From Pristiophorus japonicus (taxonomy: Eukaryota), in assembly GCF_044704955.1 (NCBI RefSeq), contig NC_091999.1, positions 22,940,001 to 23,004,000 of the forward strand: a DNA stretch of 64,000 nt, read 5' to 3'. How positions within the stretch are numbered: the first letter of the stretch is position 1; the number at the start of each line of letters is the position of its first letter. The position numbers were made by a program, and so were the translations under genes. Below the pieces are notes generated by a model. The model did not search any database and had not been told where the DNA came from. It saw only the letters and a program-made list of their open reading frames with translations. This document shows positions 1 to 10,792 of this stretch, in pieces.

Positions 1-11
1 CTCTTTGTTTT

Positions 12-29
12 GTTCCTTCGTGGTCGCCA
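12..29 (-). promoter_or_regulatory. Retroviral primer-binding site complementary to tRNA-Arg(UCG) 3' end
   Basis: Minus strand reads TGGCGACCACGAAGGAAC, 2 nt after a …AACTACA LTR-like end. Plus strand GTTCCTTCGTGGTCGCCA differs at one position from the vertebrate tRNA-Arg-TCG 3' end as I recall it (GTCCCTTCGTGGTCG+CCA). Confidence 0.7.
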
Positions 30-31
30 GA

Positions 32-641
32 TGTAGTTTTTAACCAATGAGCAGCTTTTTGCCGCTTTGCTAACGATAGCAATTCAGCTATTTCCAGGGT
101 ATATACTTAATTCAAACTGGGAGACTCTTGTTCAGATCATACCAAATACTTTTAATACAGGTATAGTGAGTAAAAACAGTGTTTTATCAAGTAAATTACA
201 TTCTGTTACAAAAAGTAATACTTAACAAATTATAGTCACAGTCTAATTCTCGATAGCGTCCTCTCGAGCTGACCGTGGTGCCGACTCCTTATCTCCTGTT
301 CGCTTGATTCGCACTGCCTTCTGAGTAGAAGAGCTGTTACTTTATACCATTTTTCTCCCATTCAAAAGCTGTGAAAATTTACACCTGTTGTAGCCTTACA
401 GTAGGTCATATTATCTACTGCCTTTGACTTTCTATGTTATCTCTATCTCCCTCCCTCTCTGTGGCAGGAATCACTTCTCTGAGAACAATTATACTGACCA
501 TGGTCACATAGAATTCATTACTGAGCTTGGCTTTACAAAAATATGACAAGAACTGGTACGCAATGTACACCTTTATGTTATTGATTAATAATTTTGGCCT
601 TGATCTTTCTATTTCTAAATGATGCTTTATCCGCAGTTACA
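32..641 (-). mobile_element. Probable 5' LTR of an endogenous retrovirus/LTR element; internal region lies beyond the window start
   Basis: Minus strand shows TGTA…TACA termini (641 to 32), TATAAA at ~341-346, ATTAAA at ~151-156 and an adjacent PBS. The 641 boundary is inferred. Confidence 0.55.
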
Positions 642-684
642 AAAATGGATAAAATAATAATGACTCAATTTTAAAATTATGCTT

Positions 685-1455
685 TGTTCATGTTTGTAAA
701 TGTATATATGTGGTTATGTCGAAATGTTTGTTTATGTTGAGGTGTAAGTGTGTGTGAGTTTTCGTGTAACATTGTGTTCACATGTAAGTGTGTGTGTGTG
801 TGTGTTTTGTGTTAGTTTGTGTTTGGATTTATAGGCATGTCCATGCTTGTGTAATTGTGTTGAGGTATGTGTTTTCCTGTAAGTGTATGGTTATGTCTCA
901 ATGTTGTTCATGTTTGGTGAGTGTTTGTGTGTGTATGTTTCGTGTGAGTGTGTGTTTTGATGTGTGCGTATAATTGCAATAGTGTGTTTGCATGTAAGCG
1001 TGTGAGTGTTTTGTGTAAATCTGTATTTGATTTGATGCGTTTGTTTACGAGTGTGTGTGTGTTTTGTGCAAGTCTGTGTGTGGATTGACGTGTGTATTTA
1101 CCTGTGTGTAAGTCTGTTTATGTGTTTTGTGTAAGTGTGTGTGTGGATTGATGTGTGTGTAAGTGTGTTTTTGCAAGTGTGTGTGTGGGTAGATGTGTGT
1201 GTTTATGTGTGTGTAAGTGTGTATAAATGTGTTTTGTGTAAGTGTGTGTGTGTGGATTGATGTGTGTGTTTATGTGTGTGTAAGAGTGTGTGTGCTTTGT
1301 GTAAATGTGTGTGTAGATTGATGTATGTGTTGATATGTGTGTAAATGTGTGTAAGTGTGTTTTGTGTATGCGTGTCTGGATTGATATGTGTGTCTATGCT
1401 TGTGTAAGTGTGTATAAGTTTCCGTTGTGTTAGTGTACGTTTCGATTGACGTGTA
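685..1455. repeat. Degenerate (GT)-rich minisatellite/low-complexity tract
   Basis: Recurrent gtgtgtgttttgtgtaagtgtgtgtgtggattgatgtgtg variants. The C/V-rich ORF at 788 is an artefact of the repeat. Confidence 0.9.
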
Positions 1456-2349
1456 TTATTGTTTTGTTCAAAGTTTCAGAGAGTACCAATAACTGGATTT
1501 GACAATGATGGTTTTCATTATATTCTAGTCATGTATAATATTATGTTTCAGGTTGTTAGTATGTCTTTATATGTAAGTCTTTGTGTGCTCATGTTTAATT
1601 GTGCACTTACACAAAAACACAAACTTATACAAAATCATCAAAACACTTACATGTGAACACACACAAACTCACTTTCACATGTATTCTCCTCCGCTCTGTG
1701 TAAATGTGTTCTGTGTGAGGCGCAATGTGACATCAGCCGAACGATTGCAACAATTCAACCGATGGGCTTCAGCAACATCAGGGACACAACTGTGAGAAAC
1801 CCGCAGAGGATTCAGTCACCAGTTTAGACATGGCCCATTAGAATTCAACATGTTAGTTTACAATTAACAGGGACTGTTGCACCCCCAACCCTATTTAAAA
1901 ATATTACGTGGCATAAATAGTTATTTCAGAATATAATACTCATATGGCAAGTTTAATATTTTTAGATCATGGGTTAGAATGTACGATGGCAACTTAGTGC
2001 ATTAAAAACAGAGTGGTTCACTTCCCATCTCGCTGCGGGAGGGGCAGTGGGGGTTACATGAATTACACGTTTCCCTTTCTCCTCTCGCTGGTGCGTGTGA
2101 GAGGTACAGTGAGTTAAAATTACCCTTTACTCCCTCTCAGCTGAAGTTACCTTCAGGAAACCTGTAATGAGAGAACTCCACCCAGTTTCTAACTCATGCT
2201 GTATCTGAGCTGGGAGCGCTGGCTGTACAAGCCTTGGGACCAAGATCCGCAAACACCCTACTTCAGATAAACAGCCCTCTCATTGGCCAAAATAGGAAAC
2301 ATAATTAATTGAGTGGCTGTGTGTTTAACTCACGATGGAAGAAAAGCCC

Positions 2350-2365
2350 TTTATTGTTTTTTATT
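2350..2365 (-). terminator. Tandem AATAAA poly(A) signals of secretory IgM mRNA
   Basis: Two TTTATT hexamers on the plus strand, 30-45 nt downstream of the tailpiece stop codon. Confidence 0.7.
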
Positions 2366-2393
2366 TAAGAACTGAAATGCAATCGAGACATTC

Positions 2394-2407
2394 TCATTGA
2401 CAAGAAT
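2394..2407 (-). pseudogene. IGHM: Distal end of the IgM secretory tailpiece ((N)SCQ*)
   Basis: Minus strand AT TCT TGT CAA TGA. Joined to 32758 it restores ATG GAC GCC TTC AAT TCT TGT CAA TGA (MDAFNSCQ*), the shark mu tail with its penultimate Cys. Confidence 0.85.
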
Positions 2408-3629
2408 GACTAAGAAAGCAATAAAGAAAGGAAAGATAGATTACAAAGGTAATCTTGCGCAAAACATGATTACGGATAGTAAAAGCTTTTACTGATATGT
2501 AAAACGAAAAAGAATGACTAAAGTAAATGTTGGTCCCTTAGAAGATGAGAAGGGGGATTTAATAATGGGAAATGTGGAAATTGCTGAGAGCTTAAACAAT
2601 TATTTTGCTTCGGTCTTCACAGTGGAAGACACAAAAACCATGCCAGAAATTGCTGGTCAAAGGAATGTGGGAAGGAGGACCTTGAGACAATCACTATCAC
2701 TCGGGGGGTAGTGCTGGACAGGCTATTGGGACTCAAGGTAGAAAAGTCCCCCGGTCCTGATGAAATGCATCGCAGGGATAAAGAGATGGCGGAAGTTATA
2801 GCAGATGCATTCGTTAAAATCCACCAAAACTCTCTGGACTCTGGGGAGGTACCAGCGGATTGGAAAGCATCTAATGTAACACCTCTGTTTAAAAAAGAGG
2901 GCAGGCAAAAGGCAGGTAACTATAGGCCGGTTAGTTTAACATCTGTAGTGGGGAAAATGCTTGAAACTATCATTAAGGAAGAAAGAGCGGGATGTCTAGA
3001 TTGGAATAGTGCAATCAAGCAGACGCAGCATGGATTCATGAAGGGGAAATCATGTTTAACTAATTTACTGGAATTCTTTGAGGATATAACGAGCATGGTG
3101 GATACAGGTGTACCGATGGATGTGCTGTATTTAGATTTTCAAAAGGCATTCGATTAAGTGCCACACAAAAGGTTACTGCAGAAGATAAAGGCACGTGGAG
3201 TCAGAGGAAAATTATTAGCATGGATGGAGAATTGGCTGGCTAACAGAAAGCAGAGAGTCGCGATAAATGGGTCCTTTTTGGGTTGGAAATCGGTGGTTAG
3301 TATGTGTGCCACAGGGATCGGGGCTGGGACTACAACTGTTTACAATATATATAGATGACCTGGAAGGGGGGACAGAGTATAGTGTAACAAAATTTTAGAT
3401 GACACAAAGATTAGTGGGAAAACGGGTTGTGCAGAGGACACAGAGAGGCTGCAAAGAAATTTAGATAGGTTAGAGAATGGGCTAAGATTTTGCAGATGGA
3501 ATACAATGTCGGAAAGTGTGAGGTCGTCCACCTTGAGGGAAAAAAAACAGCAAAAGGGAATATTATTTGAATGGGGAGAAATTATAACATGCTGCGATGC
3601 AGAGGGACCTGGGGGTCCTTGTGCATGAA
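2408..3629 (+). mobile_element. CR1 LINE, 5'-truncated, ORF2/RT part, frameshifted; left half of the host element
   Basis: Encodes KSPGPD…NYRPVSLTS…QHGFMKGKSCLTNLLEFFE…YLDFQKAFD and ends at DLGVLVHE, where the Tx1 array begins. Confidence 0.95.
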
Positions 3630-3809
3630 ACTCTTTTAGGAGCAAACAAAAAACATTAAGCCCTGCCCCCCGATCTGGGGGAAACACCAACATTTACAAG
3701 GTTTATTTTTGGCACAAAAACATTTTTTTTCTCCATGTGGCCCCTATAAAAGGGGAGGGGGACACTAAAAGCACCGGCAATTAAAACAAATTAACTTAAA
3801 AATATGAAA

Positions 3810-6800
3810 TCAAGTTAAAATTTGGTTGCCGGGCGTGATGATGCACTCCAGTCCCTCCGGTGCCCACCTCTTGCGGAAGGCCACGAGCGTACCGGTGGAC
3901 ACCACATGCTCCATCTCCAGGGACACCCTTGACCGGATGTATGCGCGGAAGAGAGGCAGGCAGTCTGGCTGAACGACCCCCTCGACCGCCTGCTGCCTGG
4001 ACCGGCTGAGGGCCCCCTTGGCCGTGCCCAGGAGCAGTCCTACGAGGAGGCCCTCGGACCTACCCGCTCCCCTCCGCACAGGGTGCCCGAAGATCAGGAG
4101 TGTGGGACTGAAGTGCAGCCAGAATTTCAGGAGCAGCCCCTTTAAATAACAAAACAGGGGCTGCAACCTCGTGCACTCAATAAAAACATGGAACACGGAC
4201 TCTTCCAGACCGCAGAAATTGCAGGCGGCCTGGGAGCCCGTGCACCGGCTTAAAAATTTATTGCACGGCACTGCTCCGTGCATCACCCTCCAGGCCAAGT
4301 CCCCGGCAAATAGTGGGAGGACCCCTGCGTAGAGTGCCCTCCATCGGGGTCCCCCGCCTCCTCTGGACGGCAAGATGGTACGCCATGGCGTGTCCAGACG
4401 GCAGCCAAGGATGGCAAAGTTGAGAGTGTGTAGGAGCAGCCCGTACAGGAAACCCCTCCGCGCATAACTGAAAGGCACGGAGGGGATTTCCCCGAGGCGG
4501 CTCAAGTTGTGAGGCGCCGGCCCCCGAGGGAGGTTCCGGGGTTTGGCGCCGATGAGGAATTCCGTCCGGACGGGGGTCAGTTCGGATGGGATCTCCCCGC
4601 ATGCTTGAGCCTCCTCGATGCACCTAATGGAGTCGGGGCCCAGAGCTGTTTTTAGCGACTCAATGGCATCAGCCGTGCGGCGGACGTTGGCGGAATTTAG
4701 GCGCCGCGCCAGCGTGTCTGGCGCCATCCAAGCCGCTCCTCCGCCATCGAGCAGGTCCCTGACCCTGGTCACCTCATCAGCCAAAGCCCTCTCATCCGAC
4801 CGCCACCTAAAACCTCGGTCGTGGAGGTACGGATTCCCGAGCAGCGGCTCCTGCAGGACGGCCGCCACTCCAGCCGGTGGAGAGCTCCGCTTGGTGGAGA
4901 CTTTGTTCCAGACCCTGATGAGTTCCTTGTAAAAGACAGGCAGCTCCCGGAGGGCGGTCCTGATGCCCCCCACACTCACAAACAGGAGCTGCGTGTCGTA
5001 GTTGGGTCCGTGCTGCTGGCGGTAGAAATACATCGCCAGAGCACGCCACCTAGGAGGGGGCTCGACGTAAAGGTATCTCTGCAGGGTCTGAAGATGGAAA
5101 GTAGCAAGCTGGGCACTGACGCACACCAACGACTGACCGCCCTCCCCAAGCGGGAGACTCAAGACCGCGGCAGAGACCCAGTGCTTCCTGTTGTTCCAGA
5201 AGAAGTCCACCAGCTTCTTCTATATCTTGGCGACAAACGCAGGTGGAGGGGTCAAAGTGACCAGCCGGTACCACAACATGGCGGCCACAAGCTGGTTTAT
5301 GACTAGCGCTCGAGCCCTGCAGGACAGCACTCGGAGCAGTCCTGTCCAGCGCCCTAGGCGAGCGGCGACCTTGGCCTCCAGCTCCTGCCAGTTCGCCACC
5401 CACACTTCCTCGTCGGGGCTAAGGTAGACTCCCAGATAGAGGAGATGGGTCGTGCTCCAGGCAAAAGGCCTGAGCTCCTCCGGCAGGGAGTCCACCCGCC
5501 ACTGACCCACCAGGAGTCCGGAACATTTCTCCCAGTTGATTCTGGTGGAGGATACGGCTGAGTAAATCTCCTGGCACTCACACATCCTCCGCAGGTCAGC
5601 GGGATCCTCTACCGTGAGGAGCACGTCATCGGCGTAAGCCGAGAGGACGACCTCCACGCCCGGCCCTTGCAGAGCCAGTCCCGTCAACCTCGTCCGCAGG
5701 AGGCGCAGGAAAGGCTCCACACAGACGGCATATAAATGGCCGGACATGGGGCATCCCTGGCGCAACCCTCTCCCAAAGCGAAGGGGCGCCGTCAAGGACC
5801 CATTAACATTAATCAGACTCTCCGCGGCGGTGTACAAAAGTCGGATCCGGGCGACGAAATGCGTCCCGAACCCAAAAGCGCGCAGAGTTCCGAGCAGATA
5901 GTCGTCATCCACCCTGTCGAACGCCTTCTCTTGGTCGAGAGATAGGAAGGCGACCGGCAGACCAGCCTCCTGGGAATAATGGATGAGGTCCCGGACCAGA
6001 TGGATGTTATCGTGGATTGTCCGGCCCGGGACCGTGTAGGACTGGTCGGGGTGGATCATGTGGTCCAGCACGGCACAAAGGCAAGCAGACATCGCCCTGG
6101 CGAAGATTTTGTAGTCCGTGCTGAGGAGGGAGACCGGGCGCCAGTTGTTAAGGAGGCGGAGATCGTCCTTCTTAGGCAGCAGGACGATGACTGCCCTGCG
6201 CCAAGAGAGGGGCATCTCCCCGGTCGCCAGACTTTCCCCCAGGACCCGCGCATAGTCGCCCCCCAGGACGTCCCAGAACACCCTGTGGAACTCCACGGTC
6301 AGCCCGTCCAGCCCCGGGGATTTTCCCCTCGAGAGCCGGTCGAGGGCGCCGGTCAGCTCCGCCAGGCTTAGCGGAGCTTCCAGATTTTCGGCGCCCTCCG
6401 GGCTGACCTTCGGCAGGTCCTCCGACAAAACTCTACGCGCTTCCTCACTGGACGGCTCCGGAGAGAACAGGGCCCCGTAATATTCACGGGCCCTGTTGTT
6501 GACGCCCTCCGGATCCAAGACGAGAGAGCCGTCGTCGGCTAGCAGCGTCAAGAGCTGCTTACGGACACTCTGCCTTTTTTCCAGCGAGTAGAAGAAGGGG
6601 GAGCCGCGGTCCAGATCCCGCAGGAACCGGATCCGTGACCTCACGAACGCGCCTCAGGACCCGACGAGCTGCAGGTCCTTCAGCGCGGCCTTCTTCGCTT
6701 TGTACACCGTCCGCAGGGCCGGGTCCCCGACGACTTGACCGAGACGGGACTCCAGTTCGAGCACCTCTTTTTCTTGACGCCCGACCCTGGCCGCCCGCCT

Positions 6801-7710
6801 CTTGGTCGAACCCCTCGCGTACTCTTGATAGAAGACGCTGACGTGAGCCTTGCCCACGTCCCACCATATCCTCAAGGAGGGGAAGCCCCCCCTGCTTCCT
6901 TCTCCAGTCGGCCCAGAAACGACGGAACGAGTCCTGGAACCGCACGTCCTCCAGCAGCTGGTTGTTAAAATGCCACTATGCGGACCCCGTCCTCGCGCGG
7001 AGCGAAGTGAGCTCCGCCCACACCAGGTGGTGGTCCGAACACGGCACCGGCCGCATGGAGGCCGCCGGGACACATGAAACGTACGCCCGAGACACGTAAA
7101 GGCGGTCGACTCTAGACCATCCAACTCCAGGCCTCACCCAAGTAAAGGCGCTGGGGTCGGGGTGGAGATTTCGCCAGACGTCCACCAAGTCGAAGGACCC
7201 GACCAGGTCCCACAACTTCTCCATCGCCGTTATGCACTGCGGGGCACCGGAGCCGTCCCTCGCCTCGAGGGTGCAGTTAAAATCCCCCCCGAGGACAATG
7301 CAGTCGCCGACCTCGACGGAGCCAAGAAGAGCGGACACCTCTTCGAAGAAGCGCGTTTGCTGCGGGCCGGGCTGAGGGGCGTACACGTTCACGAGATGGA
7401 GCGGCACGTCCCCCAGGCGAACCGTTACGTGCATCAAGCGGCCTGGCACGGGCTCCTCGACCCCCAAGATCTCCGGCTGAAAATGAGGGGGCAGCAAGAT
7501 GGCCACCCCACTAGAAGTGGCAGTGAGGTGGCTCATGCGGACCTCTCCTTGCCATTCCAGGAGCCACGAGTCTTCGTCTCCCGGAACGGTGTGGGTTTCT
7601 TGCAGGAAGCACGACACATATTTCCCCTCCCGCAGGAGCGAAAAATTGTTAAATCTACGGCGTGCCTCTCTGCTGCCGTTGATGTTGAGGCTGGCTATGG
7701 TTATCTTCAT
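3810..7710 (-). pseudogene. Tx1 ORF2 (APE endonuclease, RT, zf-RVT), disrupted by stops
   Basis: Motifs MKITIASLNING…FLQETH…GGDFN…SDH; GKSPGLDG…WRPVSLL…LDQEKAFD…RQGCP…AYADD; CNFCGLEESVFHVFIEC. Split into several ORFs. Confidence 0.92.
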
Positions 7711-7734
7711 GACAAAAGCATAGTGCAACCTCTA

Positions 7735-9841
7735 CCTAACCTATTGTGGGTGGGGGGAATGGAGTCGTTTGTTGACCTCCACTCATTCAGCAGCCCAGCG
7801 AGGAACCTTTTGAGCCGGCGCAGCTCAAGGCCTTGCGCCTTTAATAAGGGCCTGCCCGCGGCCATGGTTTTAGCGGCGGCGCGGACGGAAGCGATGAGCA
7901 GCCCCGGCTCGGATCATCTTTCCCGGGCCAGATGGGTTCGGTTGCGGCGACCCTGGCTCTGGACCAAAAAGTCCCAGAGTTCCTCTACGGGAATGACGGG
8001 GGAATCAGCGGCGGTCACGAGGAGATCCACCGCCTCACTGGCGATGGACTCGAGATCTTCACCCGCGTCCCCCACCGAGTCCCCGTCCTCCTCCGGGAGG
8101 TCGCCGTCAGCAGCCGGCCCGTCGACCGCACGAGGTACGGCAAACGGCCCGGCCGCTCCATCTGGCCCCGGCTCTGCCCCGATCCCACCCCCAGGATCGT
8201 CGGCAGAGGAGTCCCCACTGGGCTCTTGTAAAATTGGTACTGGGTCGGGAAGCGACAGCGGAAGGGGTTCCTCCTCCGCCCCAGGAACCGGGGAAGACGG
8301 AGAGACCTGGTCAAAGTAAAGTTCCAGGTCCTCCAAGTACCCCAGCTCCAAAGTAGGTGGCGAAGGTTGCTGTTCTTCCCCCTCCCCGCCGCCACCCCCC
8401 GGCCCAGCGTGTACAGAATCGTTAAAATTAATCCATTTTCAGTTTCTTCCGGGCCGAGCGACTCTAGGGGGCAGATAATTAATAGCTGGGCGGGCTCAGG
8501 TTCGGCCTGTTCGGCCCCGCCTGCCTCTGTCCCGGGGACACTCGACCCGGCGGCTACGCATTCCACCGCTGGCCCCACGCCCCCCACGACAGGCAGATCA
8601 TTCACGCCATCCCCGGGAGGCAGAGGCCGGGCAGCCTCGACTGCCTCACCCTCCCCGGGGACAGATTCCTCCCGCCTACAGCGCAATTTGGGGGCGCTGG
8701 TGGGGGACGCGGGACAGGCGGCGGGCACCGACTCCTCCGCGGAGGTATGTTGTTCCCCCTCCGCCTCATTGGAGCGGCGCCTCCTTTTGTTCCTGGGAGG
8801 GCGTGGAGGCAGGGAGACCTTCATGTCTGCCGAGGCCTCCCGCTCCACCCCCCCCTTTTTCTTTTCTTGCCCGCGCCCGAGCGCCTCTGTGATACTGGTC
8901 AAGGGCTCGGGCACGGGCTCAGGGCACCCCGCGCTTGCCGGTGACGGGGTTGGCCCGAGCGCGGTAAACAGATTGTCTGGCGCACTGAGGGGTCCCGCCT
9001 CTAGATGTTTCGTCTTCTTCCGTGCCTTCTTTCTGGTTGGACGCTCTCCCTCCCCCCCGCCGGAGGCCGTGAAAACAATGGCCTCCGACGATGCCCGCCC
9101 ACCTACAGCTTCCGGCACGTGGATGCTACTTGGGGGAGGGGTGGCGGCGGCGCCAGCCTTGGCCACCCTCGGTGGTTTGGCGGCTTTGGAGGCGGGGCAG
9201 TTCTTGCGAATGTGCCCCACCTCCCTGTAGGCATGGCACCGCACGCCGTTCGACGTCCAGAAGACGCGGTAGGCAGTGCCCTCATGCACCACATTAAAAC
9301 TTCCCTCCGTCGTCTCCTCCCGCGTCAGCCGGACAAAGAGCTGATGGCGGAAGGAGAACACATGGCGCAGGCTGTTCTTCCTGAGGCCGAGCGGTATGGG
9401 GTTGATCCCCGACCTTACCTCCCCCAGTTGGTGTAGGTGAGGGAAGAGGAGCTCAGCGGAAACAAAGGGCGGGACGTTTGAAATGATGACCCTCTGCGCA
9501 ATGGCCTCGAGAGTGTCCACCGGCAGGAAGGTGCCGCCCACCGTGAGCCCCTTTTCAATGGCCAGGGACACCGCCCGCTCCGACCCCAGGAAGAACACGG
9601 CCTTCCCAGACATCTTGGAGGCTGCGACAATGGCCGAGTGGCCGACTACACCAGCCATCGCCCGCACGCACTCCTCAATGCTCATTGTGGGGGGAGTGTA
9701 GCTCTTGAACCCGTGTTTCTTGGCTATAAGTCTGAATTGTGGCAGGGCAGCAGGAGGCACAGGAAGTGCCGTGGAAGCGGTTGCCAGCTGCACATATGTC
9801 ATCGCTGGCCCTGCCACCGGCGTGGATGGGGTCGCCATCAC
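7735..9841 (-). pseudogene. Tx1 ORF1 (gag-like), frameshifted, zinc knuckle mutated
   Basis: RVIISNVPPFV motif. The knuckle reads CHAYREVGHIRKNC (second Cys to Tyr). Long Pro/Ala/Glu-rich C-terminus. Confidence 0.85.
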
Positions 9842-10792
9842 GGGGTCCCTTTAAGGGCTACACCCACCCCAAAGTCACAGGCCTTAATGGTCTTAAATGG
9901 CCTCGTTTAAGTATTTGAAGAGAGGAAGCTCTGAAAGAGGCACTCCTCTCCCCTAGTTGGCAATTGGGGAGGGGCCTTGCTCCCTCTGCTCAGTTGTCTT
10001 AATTGTTCTTGTTTTTGTTCACTTGTGAGGAAAGGGCTCTCAGAGAGAGAGGGGAGAGACAGAGAAAGAGTGAAAGAGCCAGGCGGGGTGGGAAAGAGGG
10101 AAGCTGCGAGGGCTGGTCTCCCCTCACAGCGATGGGTGGGTGCACTCCCCAGATGTCAAACAAAACAGTCTTTGGGGTAGTCTTCGGATGGGTGGAGAAG
10201 ATGTTTTCACCTGGGGCAGCTGGAGCCACACAGGTACACACTCCCAACGATGTTATTTAGGGTGATTGAGTTTCTTCAGCCAGGTAGCTCCAGCTATCCT
10301 AGGCTAGGCAATGGGGGAGGGGTGCTTCAGTGGTGTGTGGGCCTAGCTGTAGGCAAGACCCACACACACACTTCAACACACACACACACACACACCCCGC
10401 GATGTTCCGGCCCTCGATTGGTCTTCTTTCCTCCCCCCCCCCCCACCGATACAACAAAGTATTTTTGGGGAATGCACCAAAACACACCCACCTCTGGTTG
10501 AAGAAGTCTTTCCCTCCTTCCACACTGGTAAGTTGTTGTTCTTTTTTTTTCCCCTCTCTCGAACTCTTCGTAGGAATAATAATGGTGTTGCAGTCTTCTG
10601 CTCTCCTCCTCTCACTCTGGATAAATGGTAATGAAGCTCCTTCCTTCCTCCTCCTATTCCTGGTCTGTTCTCAGGGCTCAGTCAAGGCCTCCCAGACAGG
10701 AGCAAAGCAGGGAGTTCCTTCTCTCTCAGCAGCACAGCTCCAAGTGAAGAGGCCACGCCTCCAAAGCTCCACCATTGGTCCTTGTGCATCAA

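Larger units (their letters stand above)
3630..10776 (-). mobile_element. Tx1-clade non-LTR retrotransposon, unit 1 (full length, ~7.15 kb)
   Basis: ~0.9-kb 5'UTR, gag-like ORF1, APE-RT-zinc-finger ORF2 and a short 3'UTR with no poly(A). Confidence 0.9.

Noticed and set aside
1700-1800. Possible minus-strand exon after tttctcacag, considered as an IgM TM or extra C exon
   Set aside because: The phase-1 frame stops after about 11 codons, with no TM/CART motif or Ig cysteines.
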